Source: an uncultured Candidatus Saccharibacteria bacterium
GTDB taxonomy: Bacteria; Patescibacteriota; Minisyncoccia; Phycocordibacterales; GWA1-40-21
DNA length: 41,521 bases
NCBI GenBank assembly: GCA_964479775.1
Contig: CAYZNH010000002.1
Coordinates: 1 to 41,521 of the forward strand
Direction: 5' to 3'
Shown: positions 22,853-32,223 of the stretch, in pieces
Numbering within the stretch: position 1 is the stretch's first letter
Layout of the letters: every line of letters begins with the position of its first letter
Notes under the pieces: generated by a model
Database searches by the model: none
Told to the model about the DNA's origin: nothing
Seen by the model: the letters and a program-made list of their open reading frames with translations, nothing else
Made by a program: the position numbers and the translations under genes

Positions 22853-22892
22853 ATAGAACTTTTAGCTATTCTATAGTATATTTAAACTACAA

Positions 22893-23690
22893 ATGGAAAA
22901 TCTCGTAGCCAAAAAATCACTTGGACAAAACTTTTTGAAGTCAAAAACAGCCCTAAACGCCATAATTAAAGCCGGAGAGGTGAATTCTTCTGATATTATC
23001 CTTGAAATAGGGCCTGGAAAGGGAGCTTTGACAGAAAAAATCCTAGAAACTGGTGCAAAAGTTATAGCAATAGAAAAAGATGATCGACTCATAGATTTTT
23101 TAAATGAAAAATTCGAAAAAGAAATAAAAAGTGGACAATTCACCCTTATAAATGAAGATATTTTAGAAATTGACCTAAATTCCTTAAAACTAGAACCTAA
23201 CAACTATAAATTAATCGCAAATATTCCTTATTATATAACTGGTTTAATCTTCAGAAAATTCTTAGAGAGCAAAATACAACCCTCAAAACTTGTAGTAATG
23301 GTACAGAAAGAAATTGCAGACAGAATAGTGGCAAGAGATGAAAAAGAGAGTTTATTATCTTTAAGTGTTAAATGTTATGGTGAACCAAAGAAAATTATGA
23401 AAGTTGGTAAAGAAAACTTCTCTCCAGAACCAAAAGTAGATTCTGCTATATTACTAATAGATGATATTTCTAAAAATTTCTTTAATGAAATAACAGAAGA
23501 AGCATTTTTTGAAGTTATAAAAGCTGGTTTTGCTCATAAAAGAAAAGTTCTGATTGCAAACCTTAAAAATATTTTTGCAAAAAATAATAAAAACACCAAA
23601 GAAGTTTTTACTGATTTAAAAATTTCAGAAAAATCTCGTGCAGAAGACTTAAAACTAGGGGATTGGAAAAATATTTTAAGAAAAATTTAA
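22893..23690 (+). CDS. rsmA: 16S rRNA (adenine1518/1519-N6)-dimethyltransferase
   Basis: KKSLGQNFL, EIGPGKGALTEKIL and ANIPYYIT. Confidence 0.95.
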   Translation: MENLVAKKSLGQNFLKSKTALNAIIKAGEVNSSDIILEIGPGKGALTEKILETGAKVIAIEKDDRLIDFLNEKFEKEIKSGQFTLINEDILEIDLNSLKLEPNNYKLIANIPYYITGLIFRKFLESKIQPSKLVVMVQKEIADRIVARDEKESLLSLSVKCYGEPKKIMKVGKENFSPEPKVDSAILLIDDISKNFFNEITEEAFFEVIKAGFAHKRKVLIANLKNIFAKNNKNTKEVFTDLKISEKSRAEDLKLGDWKNILRKI

Positions 23691-23726
23691 TTTATCAACT
23701 TTTTTATTTATTTGAAATAATAAAAA

Positions 23727-23735
23727 TGATATAAT
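23727..23735 (+). promoter_or_regulatory. Extended -10 promoter element (TGATATAAT) 7 nt upstream of the first ATG of the T4SS-like operon
   Basis: tgatataat at 23727-23735, ATG at 23743, no SD. This implies a leaderless or near-leaderless transcript. Confidence 0.45.
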
Positions 23736-23742
23736 ATTATTA

Positions 23743-24696
23743 ATGAAAATAGATAAAAAATATCTACCTTCTAAAAATTTTTCTATTATTATAATTTTAA
23801 TAATATGTTTTTCTACTTTTATAGCAATCTATTTCTATAAAAAAGAAAATTTGTCTGTATACAAGAATGCTTTTATTTTAAATGATGCTTTTACATCTAA
23901 GTGGACAAAGACAAAAATAGATACCGATTTTGATGGTTTAGAAGATTGGAAAGAAATACTCTATGGCACAAATATCAATAGTAAAGATACAGACTCTGAT
24001 GGAACAGATGATAATACAGAAATAGAAAAAGGGAGAGATCCTTTAAAAGAAAATACATCAGATACCAACCAAACTCCAAACGATCTAATGGATAAAATCA
24101 TAATAGAAAAATATCAAAGTTATATAAGAGAAAATTTATACACACCATACACCAGTATCATAAAAAATAAAATTAATTCTGAAATAAGTAATGAAATAAC
24201 AAGCAATAGTAATATCACAGAGATAGTTGCCAAAAAAGTTATAGAAAATATACCCAAAATAGAATATTCTGGAAAAATAAAAGCTTCTGATTTAACCGTA
24301 GTTGAACCATCAGAAGAAAGCATAAAAGATTATTTGAGATTTTACGCACTAGAAACTAAAAACATAATTTTGTTTTTAGAAAAAGATATTAATATAATTA
24401 CTACATCAAACATAGAATCTGTTGAATATAATAAACTACTTGATTTATTATCATTTACGAAAGAAAATTTTATAAAGGCACATTTACCAGGTAATTCAGA
24501 TTGGGGTTTATCATATCACCTTGGTATAATAAATAAACTAGAAGAAATGTATTTAGAAATAGAAGACCTTAAGAAAACATACAATGAAAAAGATGATATA
24601 ATGTATTATGCATCATTAGAGTCATATTATAAATCTAGATCAGAATTAATATCCACATTAGAAATATTAGATAATATATTTGGTCTAACAAGATAA
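23743..24696 (+). CDS. Membrane-anchored protein with thrombospondin type-3-like Ca-binding repeats (T4SS-like operon gene 1)
   Basis: N-terminal TM (FSIIIILIICFSTFIAIYFY), then DTDFDGLEDWKEILYGTNINSKDTDSDGTDDNTEIEKGRDPL (DxDxDG..D..E repeats). The rest is unassigned. Confidence 0.7.
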   Translation: MKIDKKYLPSKNFSIIIILIICFSTFIAIYFYKKENLSVYKNAFILNDAFTSKWTKTKIDTDFDGLEDWKEILYGTNINSKDTDSDGTDDNTEIEKGRDPLKENTSDTNQTPNDLMDKIIIEKYQSYIRENLYTPYTSIIKNKINSEISNEITSNSNITEIVAKKVIENIPKIEYSGKIKASDLTVVEPSEESIKDYLRFYALETKNIILFLEKDINIITTSNIESVEYNKLLDLLSFTKENFIKAHLPGNSDWGLSYHLGIINKLEEMYLEIEDLKKTYNEKDDIMYYASLESYYKSRSELISTLEILDNIFGLTR

Positions 24697-24699
24697 AAA

Positions 24700-26121
24700 A
24701 TGTTTTTCAAAACAACTAAAAAATATTTCGCGTTAATAATTATATTTATCTCTTTTTCTGTATTTATTAAAATTAATGCACAGGTGCCAGTATATATCGT
24801 TGGTAGTGAACCTTATATTAAATTTTGGGTTACTACAGACCCTCTTAATAATGAATACCCAACAACTTTAAAAGTCAAAGACGAAGATTTAGTTAAAATA
24901 CTCGAAAATATTGCTTCGACAACAGAAAACCTATACGCAGAAACTCTCAGAAACAACTATTGGACACTATATAATGAAGAAACCAGAAATGAAAAGGAAC
25001 AATCAATAGCAAAATATAAAGCTCTTAAATTAGAAAATTTAATTGAGGAAAATATATTGAGTTGGGTCAACGAGGGTTTTAACATTGATAAAGAAGGGCA
25101 AAATGGACATCCTGCATATATAGAAGATGAGGCCGTTTTCTTTGATAATATTGAAATCAAAATGAGAGAAAATTTTCAAAAATTAATTGAAACATATTAT
25201 CAATACGCTCCAGAAGATGAGAAAAATTATCTAGAAAAAATATCCAAAATATTAAGATCAAAAAAAAGTAGTATTTTAGATGTAAGTGATTATTATCTAG
25301 AAGGTGACGATGAATCATTATCAGATGACGAAGTAGAAGGTTGGGATAATTGGTTGGGATTAAATACAGACAAATTTACCAATCCAGTAATAGCTTTTTT
25401 AATCGCTAAAGAAAATTTAGATGATCTTATTAATACTGAAAAAGATAAGTACAGAAACGAAATAGCAAATGGTAATGGTTTTTTATCATTCAAAAAATGT
25501 AATATAGAATATTATAATATTGAAACAGGACAACTTGGTTATGATGGAGAGGATGAACCACCTCCTGGAGATTCTTTCTATGGAGACCCTTATTATGTTG
25601 ATAATATTTGGTCTAGTGCACCAGGAGCAACTTATCCGGTAGTATCTTGCACTACAATAATTCCTGGTTATTTAATAGCTGAACAAGTTAGTGATATATA
25701 TAGATCAAAATATAATTTCATAAAGCAAACAGCTATAAATACAGATGGTTCTGATTTAGTTTTAGACTCAATACAAGAAGAATTAAAAGAATTTCAAAAA
25801 GATATTTTTAAAACTGGTATAGTAGGAAAAAAATCTTCAGAAGGAGGAGAATCCTCTTATAAAAAATTAAATGATGCAATAGAAAAGGCCAGTGAAGAAT
25901 TGAAGAAAAGAGATGGTGGTAATACAAAAATATCTGAAGATACAGACGACCCTAGAAATACAAATAGTCGTTTTTACCCAAAAAACTTTCTAACAGGAGA
26001 TAAATGGAAAGAAATCTGGGATTTCAAACAAAATACAAATAACGATTGGTATGGTTGGTTTGATTCTTTGTATGATTGGTATAGTGATAACTGGAAATGG
26101 GATTCAAAAAAAACACAATAA
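24700..26121 (+). CDS. Secreted protein, unknown family, Trp-rich C-terminus (operon gene 2)
   Basis: Signal-like N-terminus (YFALIIIFISFSVFIKINAQ). The C-terminal end is NDWYGWFDSLYDWYSDNWKWDSKK. Confidence 0.7.
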   Translation: MFFKTTKKYFALIIIFISFSVFIKINAQVPVYIVGSEPYIKFWVTTDPLNNEYPTTLKVKDEDLVKILENIASTTENLYAETLRNNYWTLYNEETRNEKEQSIAKYKALKLENLIEENILSWVNEGFNIDKEGQNGHPAYIEDEAVFFDNIEIKMRENFQKLIETYYQYAPEDEKNYLEKISKILRSKKSSILDVSDYYLEGDDESLSDDEVEGWDNWLGLNTDKFTNPVIAFLIAKENLDDLINTEKDKYRNEIANGNGFLSFKKCNIEYYNIETGQLGYDGEDEPPPGDSFYGDPYYVDNIWSSAPGATYPVVSCTTIIPGYLIAEQVSDIYRSKYNFIKQTAINTDGSDLVLDSIQEELKEFQKDIFKTGIVGKKSSEGGESSYKKLNDAIEKASEELKKRDGGNTKISEDTDDPRNTNSRFYPKNFLTGDKWKEIWDFKQNTNNDWYGWFDSLYDWYSDNWKWDSKKTQ

Positions 26122-26151
26122 AAACTTACTTGTGATATAATTTAACAGTTC

Positions 26152-28560
26152 ATGAAATATTTTTCTTTTAAAAAAATTATCTTTTGTTTGTTGTTCGTAA
26201 CCATTTTGTCTATAATTCCAACAAACAACGCTTCTGCTGATACTTCTAATTGGCTTCTTTCCAAAGTAACATCAGTAACGAACTCTATTGTATCAAACAC
26301 AGTCGAACCTTTTATAACTGGTATGACCACCATTGTATTAAAATTTGTACAAGTCAATTTTGAATTTATTTGGATACCGATTGCTGACTATGTTGTTGCT
26401 CTGGGGGGTAAATTATTAAACTACTCTATAGAATTCACAATATTTTCATCTTATGGTTCCTCAGGAAACCCACTAAAAACTTTTGATGCCTCCATAAAAG
26501 AAATATGGGTAATAATAAGAGATACAATTAATATAGTCTTCATTTTTACCTTACTTTATATAGCTATTCAAAGAATATTAGGATCATTTAAAAAGGAAAT
26601 TTTTGTTGGCGTTTTAATATCGGCAGTTTTTGTAAATTTCAGTTTTTTTATAACAAGGACAGCTATTGATATGGGAAATATTCTTACATCTTCTATATAC
26701 AATCAAATTGAAATAAAATCTAAACAATTTGACTTAAAAGAAGACAAAATAACAGATTCTATCTTACAAGGTATTTCAGGAACAAAAAGTAGCATAAAAT
26801 TAAGCGAAATTCTTAGAAGTATAGTGGGGACTGATTCTGTAAACAAGATAGCGGTATTAAAAGATTTTAATCCAGAAAATACAAGAGACGCAGTGGGTAG
26901 TACTTTATTAAGATTTATAATGTTAATAGTACTAGGTTTTGTTTTTTTATTAATGTCTTTCTTACTTGTAGGCAGATTCATAATGTTAATATTTTTAATG
27001 GCCTCTTCACCCATAGGATTTCTTTGGGGTTCAGTACCACAGATAGCAAAATATGCTAGTAGTTGGTGGAATAATTTAATAAGCCAAATAGCTATAGCCC
27101 CAATTTTTATGTTCTTTATGTTGATAGTAATCAACATCTCTCAAAATGATGGACTAAAAACAGCAAGAACGGGGTCAGCAAGTGTTGGTCTTTTCTTTAA
27201 TTATATATTAATGATAGGTTTGTTAATGTATTCAGTAAAGATAACCAAAAAAATGGGTGGTGCTGTAACAAACCTTGCAGGAAAAGCTACTTCTTTTGTG
27301 GCCGGAGCAGCGCTTGGTGCCGTTACTGGTGGAACAGCCCTTGTTGGCAGACAAGTTGTTGGTAGACTCGCTGCAAGAACTGCTAATAGTGCAATCGGAA
27401 CAAGACTTCAACAATCAGCAGCAAAAGGTGGTTTTGCGGGTGGTTTATCTAATCTAGCACTCAAAGGAATCAAAAGTACAGCAAGTTCAAGTTTTGATGT
27501 AAGGGGTTCAAAAACAATACAAGGATCCTTTGGACAAATTAAAAGTATTTCAGGAGGAGCAATAGATATCAAAGGGGCGATGGATTCTGTTGGTAATTTT
27601 GGTAAAGCAAAAGCTGGTGGTTACGAAGAATGGCTAAAAAATAAAAATGAAACTGGTAAAAAAGCGGTTGGAAATTATACAGAAATGGTTAATGAGGTGG
27701 AAAAAGACGCAGAGAAAAAAGCACAAAAAGATAATAAAGTTAAAGAAAAGAGAGATGCTGCTAGGATAGCAAAAGAAAAATTAGATAGACTAGATAATAT
27801 GTTATCTACTGCTGGAACAGAAGATACAACAAAAGCAACACTTCTAATACAAGAAGAAAATCTTGCAAAACAGGAGTTAGACAAGGTAGAGAGAAAAATC
27901 TCACAGACAAAAAATCCCGTCGAAATATCAAAACTAACAATAGAAAGAGAAAAGAGAAAAGAGGAACACAAGAAAAAGAAAGAAGAGAAAGATAAAATAT
28001 TAAAGAAAAATGCAGATATACAAAGATTAACCTCACAAAAGAACACTGCTGAACAAGATTACAATAACAAAAAAGCAGAAAAAGATCTTGCAGAAGAAAA
28101 AACAGCCTCTGGTCTATCAAACATGGCAGAAAATGAATTTATTACTAGAGTTCCTTCAACAAACGCAACAAAAGCGGCTTATGAACAAGCGAAACAAAGA
28201 ATTAAACAACTTAGAGACCAACAGACAAACAATAAAGATAATTTTGATAACAACCTAAAAACAAAAGTAGAGTACGAAAGAGACGAAGCAGAATTACAGA
28301 ATCAAATCAAAGAAATGATTAAAGAAGCCGACGAGTTTAAAGCTAAAGGTGTTAAAGAACAAATGAAAACAATTGAAGATCTCGTCTTACAAAACAGACC
28401 TAAGGGTGATCCTTTGATTGATATAGTAAACAAGAGAAGAATGAAAAATGATTTTAAAGAAAGACTAAAAAATAAGAGGTTGTCTCTAATGACAAAAGAA
28501 GAAAGAAGAAAGATGATTGAAATAATAGAAGAAGAAGAAAAAAATAAAGATAAAAAATAA
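26152..28560 (+). CDS. VirB6/TrbL-like polytopic membrane protein fused to a ~300-aa Lys/Glu-rich coiled-coil tail (operon gene 3)
   Basis: Signal peptide, at least 6 TM helices, a Gly/Ala-rich segment (GGAVTNLAGKATSFVAGAALGAVTGGTALVG...) as seen after the TM core of TrbL/VirB6 proteins, then KEKRDAARIAKEKLDRL...EEEEKNKDKK. Confidence 0.75.
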   Translation: MKYFSFKKIIFCLLFVTILSIIPTNNASADTSNWLLSKVTSVTNSIVSNTVEPFITGMTTIVLKFVQVNFEFIWIPIADYVVALGGKLLNYSIEFTIFSSYGSSGNPLKTFDASIKEIWVIIRDTINIVFIFTLLYIAIQRILGSFKKEIFVGVLISAVFVNFSFFITRTAIDMGNILTSSIYNQIEIKSKQFDLKEDKITDSILQGISGTKSSIKLSEILRSIVGTDSVNKIAVLKDFNPENTRDAVGSTLLRFIMLIVLGFVFLLMSFLLVGRFIMLIFLMASSPIGFLWGSVPQIAKYASSWWNNLISQIAIAPIFMFFMLIVINISQNDGLKTARTGSASVGLFFNYILMIGLLMYSVKITKKMGGAVTNLAGKATSFVAGAALGAVTGGTALVGRQVVGRLAARTANSAIGTRLQQSAAKGGFAGGLSNLALKGIKSTASSSFDVRGSKTIQGSFGQIKSISGGAIDIKGAMDSVGNFGKAKAGGYEEWLKNKNETGKKAVGNYTEMVNEVEKDAEKKAQKDNKVKEKRDAARIAKEKLDRLDNMLSTAGTEDTTKATLLIQEENLAKQELDKVERKISQTKNPVEISKLTIEREKRKEEHKKKKEEKDKILKKNADIQRLTSQKNTAEQDYNNKKAEKDLAEEKTASGLSNMAENEFITRVPSTNATKAAYEQAKQRIKQLRDQQTNNKDNFDNNLKTKVEYERDEAELQNQIKEMIKEADEFKAKGVKEQMKTIEDLVLQNRPKGDPLIDIVNKRRMKNDFKERLKNKRLSLMTKEERRKMIEIIEEEEKNKDKK

Positions 28561-29249
28561 TGCAAGATCAAGATAAACTAAAAGAATATTTGGCAAAAAT
28601 ACCACAAGACATAAAAGATATTATGTATTCTTTAGATTATCAAAAACTTCTTGAGGAAATTACAAAAAAGAACAACTTATTGATAGATCAAGCTGGTAAT
28701 CTTGAAGTAGAAACAACTTTAGTTTTGGCTGGATTAAATCCACTCAGGGATTATATTGATAATCTAGCTAATTCTCTTGAAATATCAAAAGAAAAAGCAG
28801 GGGAGATAGCAAAAGATGTAGATAATTTAATTTTCAAAAGTATTAGAAAATCATTAGAACAAATAAACGAAGAGGATGATCAGGCTGAATATATACTTGA
28901 ACACAAAGCGCAAGACGAACTAAATAAAGAAAAATTACTTTTTGGAATAGAAAACCCTAAAAAAATAGAGGAGGAATCTGTATCTGTAAGTTCTTTAGAA
29001 TCAAACTCAAACATACCAAGAACAACCGAGAAGTTTTCTAATGGAATAGAAGTTAATACAGAGCAGGGTGGTGAAATACCAAGAAAAGCAATAGTTCCAA
29101 CACAAGTATTAATTAAAAATGAATCACCAGTGAATAAAATTATAGAACTAAAAACAACAGAACCCGTTGTCTTACAAAAAGAAAATATTATTATAGAAGA
29201 AAAAACAAAACTTCCAAACAAAGTAGATCCTTATAGAGAACAAGCATAA
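28560..29249 (+). CDS. Acidic soluble protein, unknown family (operon gene 4)
   Basis: Its ATG overlaps the preceding TAA by 1 nt. No TM segment and no recognisable motif. Confidence 0.65.
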   Translation: MQDQDKLKEYLAKIPQDIKDIMYSLDYQKLLEEITKKNNLLIDQAGNLEVETTLVLAGLNPLRDYIDNLANSLEISKEKAGEIAKDVDNLIFKSIRKSLEQINEEDDQAEYILEHKAQDELNKEKLLFGIENPKKIEEESVSVSSLESNSNIPRTTEKFSNGIEVNTEQGGEIPRKAIVPTQVLIKNESPVNKIIELKTTEPVVLQKENIIIEEKTKLPNKVDPYREQA

Positions 29250-29250
29250 A

Positions 29251-29673
29251 ATGGAATTTCAAGTACCACAATTTATAGAGGTTGAAGATAGAATATTTGG
29301 CCCACTAACACTAAAACAAGGGTTGTATCTTGGTGGTGGAATAGGAGCCGCTATTGCCATTTATCTATATATTCCATATAAATTTATAGGTATTTTAATT
29401 GGAGCACCAATAGTTGCTTTTTCTGCCGCCCTAGCTTTTTATAAAATAAACGGTAGATCACTTACAGACACCTTAGAGAATGCGACTTATTTCTTTTCAA
29501 AAGAAAAATTATACCTATGGAAGAAAAATGAAAACAAAATAAAAACAGACACTAAAGAACAAACAGAGACAATTAAAAGAACTCTTGTTGTTCCAAAAAT
29601 TTCAGAAAGTAAACTCAAAGACTTAACTTGGAGTTTAGATATTAAAGAAAACCTTTTATCTAAGAAGAATTAA
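29251..29673 (+). CDS. PrgI-family (VirB3-like) small membrane protein (operon gene 5)
   Basis: MEFQVPQFIEVEDRIFGPLTLKQGLYLGGGIGAAIAIYLY followed by a second TM helix. This is the typical PrgI-family N-terminus, and the gene sits upstream of the VirB4-like ATPase. Confidence 0.75.
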   Translation: MEFQVPQFIEVEDRIFGPLTLKQGLYLGGGIGAAIAIYLYIPYKFIGILIGAPIVAFSAALAFYKINGRSLTDTLENATYFFSKEKLYLWKKNENKIKTDTKEQTETIKRTLVVPKISESKLKDLTWSLDIKENLLSKKN

Positions 29674-29714
29674 TATAAATATTATTACTATATAAAATTA
29701 TATAGTGTATAATA

Positions 29715-30335
29715 ATGCATAAGATGACAACACCAAAAGCCACACAAGACTTTATTCCAATTAAAGAGGTTAGGGATGGGGTAATATCATTAAAAAATGG
29801 ATCACTAGCTTCCATAATAATGGTTTCTTCTGTTAACTTTATGTTAAAATCACAGGATGAACAAGAAGCTATTATTTTCCAATTTCAAAATTTCTTAAAT
29901 TCATTAGATTTTTCAGTTCAAATATCTATTCAATCTCGTGAACTTGATATAAGACCTTATATAGCCTCTTTAGAAGCTAGATATAAAAATGAATTAGGTG
30001 ATTTAATGAAAATACAGATAAGAGAATATATCAATTTTATTAGAAACTTTGTTGATCAGTCAAATATTATGACAAAAAACTTTTTCGTCATAATACCTTT
30101 TACACCAGCAATAATAGATACAAAAAAAGCCCTAAATAAAACAAATTCTTCACAAGATAAATTCTCAAATTTTGAAGAAAACAGAACACAATTAGAACAA
30201 AGGATAAATACAGTTTCTCAAGGACTAACAAGATGCGGTCTAAGAAGTATACAACTTGGAACAGAAGAGGTTGTCGAATTATTATATAAAACATTAAACC
30301 CTGGTGATCTAGAAAAACCAATAATACCAGCTTAA
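29715..30335 (+). CDS. Hypothetical protein with the block order of a VirB4 N-terminal domain (operon gene 6)
   Basis: QDFIPIKEVRDGVISLKNGSLASIIMVSSVNFMLKSQDEQEAII...LDFSVQISIQSRELDI parallels, block by block, the N-terminal ~200 aa of the downstream ATPase. Similarity was judged by eye only. Confidence 0.6.
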   Translation: MHKMTTPKATQDFIPIKEVRDGVISLKNGSLASIIMVSSVNFMLKSQDEQEAIIFQFQNFLNSLDFSVQISIQSRELDIRPYIASLEARYKNELGDLMKIQIREYINFIRNFVDQSNIMTKNFFVIIPFTPAIIDTKKALNKTNSSQDKFSNFEENRTQLEQRINTVSQGLTRCGLRSIQLGTEEVVELLYKTLNPGDLEKPIIPA

Positions 30336-30346
30336 TATATAAACAA

Positions 30347-32176
30347 ATGGGTATATTAGATTTTTTAAATAAAAACAATAACGAATCGAAAAAAGACACT
30401 GAATTAACATCATTTTTACCACAAGAAATATATGATGCGGGTGTTTTGGAGTTACAAGACGTAATCGCCCCATCTGCATTACAAATATCAGCAAAACAAC
30501 TAAACTTGGGGGAAAAAATAGTTAGAACCTTTTTTGTTATATCTTATCCAAGATTTTTATCTGAGAATTGGTTTTCACCAATAATTAATTTAGATAAAAT
30601 TTTTAATATATCAATCTTTGTTCACCCAATAGATACAGCGACAGTATTAAGAAAATTTCAAAAAAAAGTTGCTGAAGTACAAAGCCAAATAAATTCAAGA
30701 GAAGAGAAGGGTTTAGTTAGAGATCCTATATTAGACACAGCATATCAAGATTTAGAGTCTCTTAGAGATAAACTACAACAAGCACAAGAAAGACTGTTCA
30801 ATGTTGGATTGTATATAAGTTTATATGCAGATTCTGAAGAGGAGATGGATAGAATGGAATCAGAAATAAAATCTATATTAGAAGCAAAACTTATATATAT
30901 CAAACCAGCACTTTTTCAACAAGAACAAGGATATAAGAGCATACTACCGATTGCAAGTGATCAAATAAATGTTCACTCTAAACTAAATTCTTCTCCACTA
31001 TCAAGTATTTTTCCTTTTGTTTCTTTTGACTTAACCTCGGACAAGGGAATTTTGTATGGAATAAACAGACATAACGCTAGTTTGGTAATTTTTGATAGAT
31101 TTTCTTTAGAAAATTATAACTCAATTACTTTTGCTAAAGCTGGTTCTGGTAAATCATATTGTACAAAACTAGAAATATTAAGAAGTTTAATGTTTGATAC
31201 GGAAGTTATTGTTATAGACCCAGAAAAAGAATACCAATTTCTTGCAGAAGCTACTGGCGGGAAATCATTTGATATATCACTAAACTCAAACAACCATATA
31301 AATCCATTTGATTTACCAATACCAAAAGAAGATGAGTCTCCATCAGATGTACTTAGAAGTAATATTATAAATTTAGTAGGTCTATTTAGAATTATGTTGG
31401 GTGGTCTAACCCCAGAAGAAGATTCTGTTATTGATAGAGCAATATCAGAAACATACGCTCTTAAAGACATTACACCAGACTCAGACTTTTCAAACATAGA
31501 ACCGCCATTATTATCAGATTTTGAACTTGTACTTTCTGGTATGGAGGGTTCAGAATCTATAATCCAAAGATTAGCAAAATATACAAGGGGTACATGGGCT
31601 GGTTTCTTAAATAATCCTTCAAACATAAACATAAATAATAAGTTTGTTGTTTTTTCTATAAGAGATATGGAAGATGAATTAAAAACAGTTGCAATGTATT
31701 TAATTACACACCATATATGGAACACAGTAAGAAGAAACATAAAAAAGAGACTCCTTGTTGTAGATGAAGCTTGGATTATGATGAAATCTGACGATGCGGC
31801 ATCTTTTCTCTTTGGAATAGCAAAAAGATGTAGAAAATATTACTTAGGACTTGCAACAATAACCCAAGATGTTGATGACTTCTTAAATTCACCATATGGA
31901 ATGCCTATTGTTACAAACTCATCAATACAAATTTTACTTAAACAATCTCCAACAGCAGTTGATCATTTACAAAAAGTCTTTAATCTTACAAATGAAGAAA
32001 AATATCTACTACTTGAATCAGATGTGGGGGAGGGTATATTCTTCGTTGGACTTAAACATGTTGCAATTAAAATAATTGCTTCATATACAGAAGATCAAAT
32101 AGTTACTTCTGATCCATCACAATTATTAAATATTAAGAAAGCAAAAGAAGAATTAAAAATATCACAAGGTTTTTAA
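30347..32176 (+). CDS. virB4: VirB4-like type IV secretion ATPase (operon gene 7)
   Basis: N-domain (TFFVISYPRFLSENWFSPIINLD...SIFVHPID...REEKGLVRDP), Walker A FAKAGSGKSY, Walker B RLLVVDEAW, then ATITQDVDDF. Confidence 0.88.
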   Translation: MGILDFLNKNNNESKKDTELTSFLPQEIYDAGVLELQDVIAPSALQISAKQLNLGEKIVRTFFVISYPRFLSENWFSPIINLDKIFNISIFVHPIDTATVLRKFQKKVAEVQSQINSREEKGLVRDPILDTAYQDLESLRDKLQQAQERLFNVGLYISLYADSEEEMDRMESEIKSILEAKLIYIKPALFQQEQGYKSILPIASDQINVHSKLNSSPLSSIFPFVSFDLTSDKGILYGINRHNASLVIFDRFSLENYNSITFAKAGSGKSYCTKLEILRSLMFDTEVIVIDPEKEYQFLAEATGGKSFDISLNSNNHINPFDLPIPKEDESPSDVLRSNIINLVGLFRIMLGGLTPEEDSVIDRAISETYALKDITPDSDFSNIEPPLLSDFELVLSGMEGSESIIQRLAKYTRGTWAGFLNNPSNININNKFVVFSIRDMEDELKTVAMYLITHHIWNTVRRNIKKRLLVVDEAWIMMKSDDAASFLFGIAKRCRKYYLGLATITQDVDDFLNSPYGMPIVTNSSIQILLKQSPTAVDHLQKVFNLTNEEKYLLLESDVGEGIFFVGLKHVAIKIIASYTEDQIVTSDPSQLLNIKKAKEELKISQGF

Positions 32177-32223
32177 TTACTTGTTTAAAAATTAATATTT
32201 ATTGTGATATAATTAATCATAAT

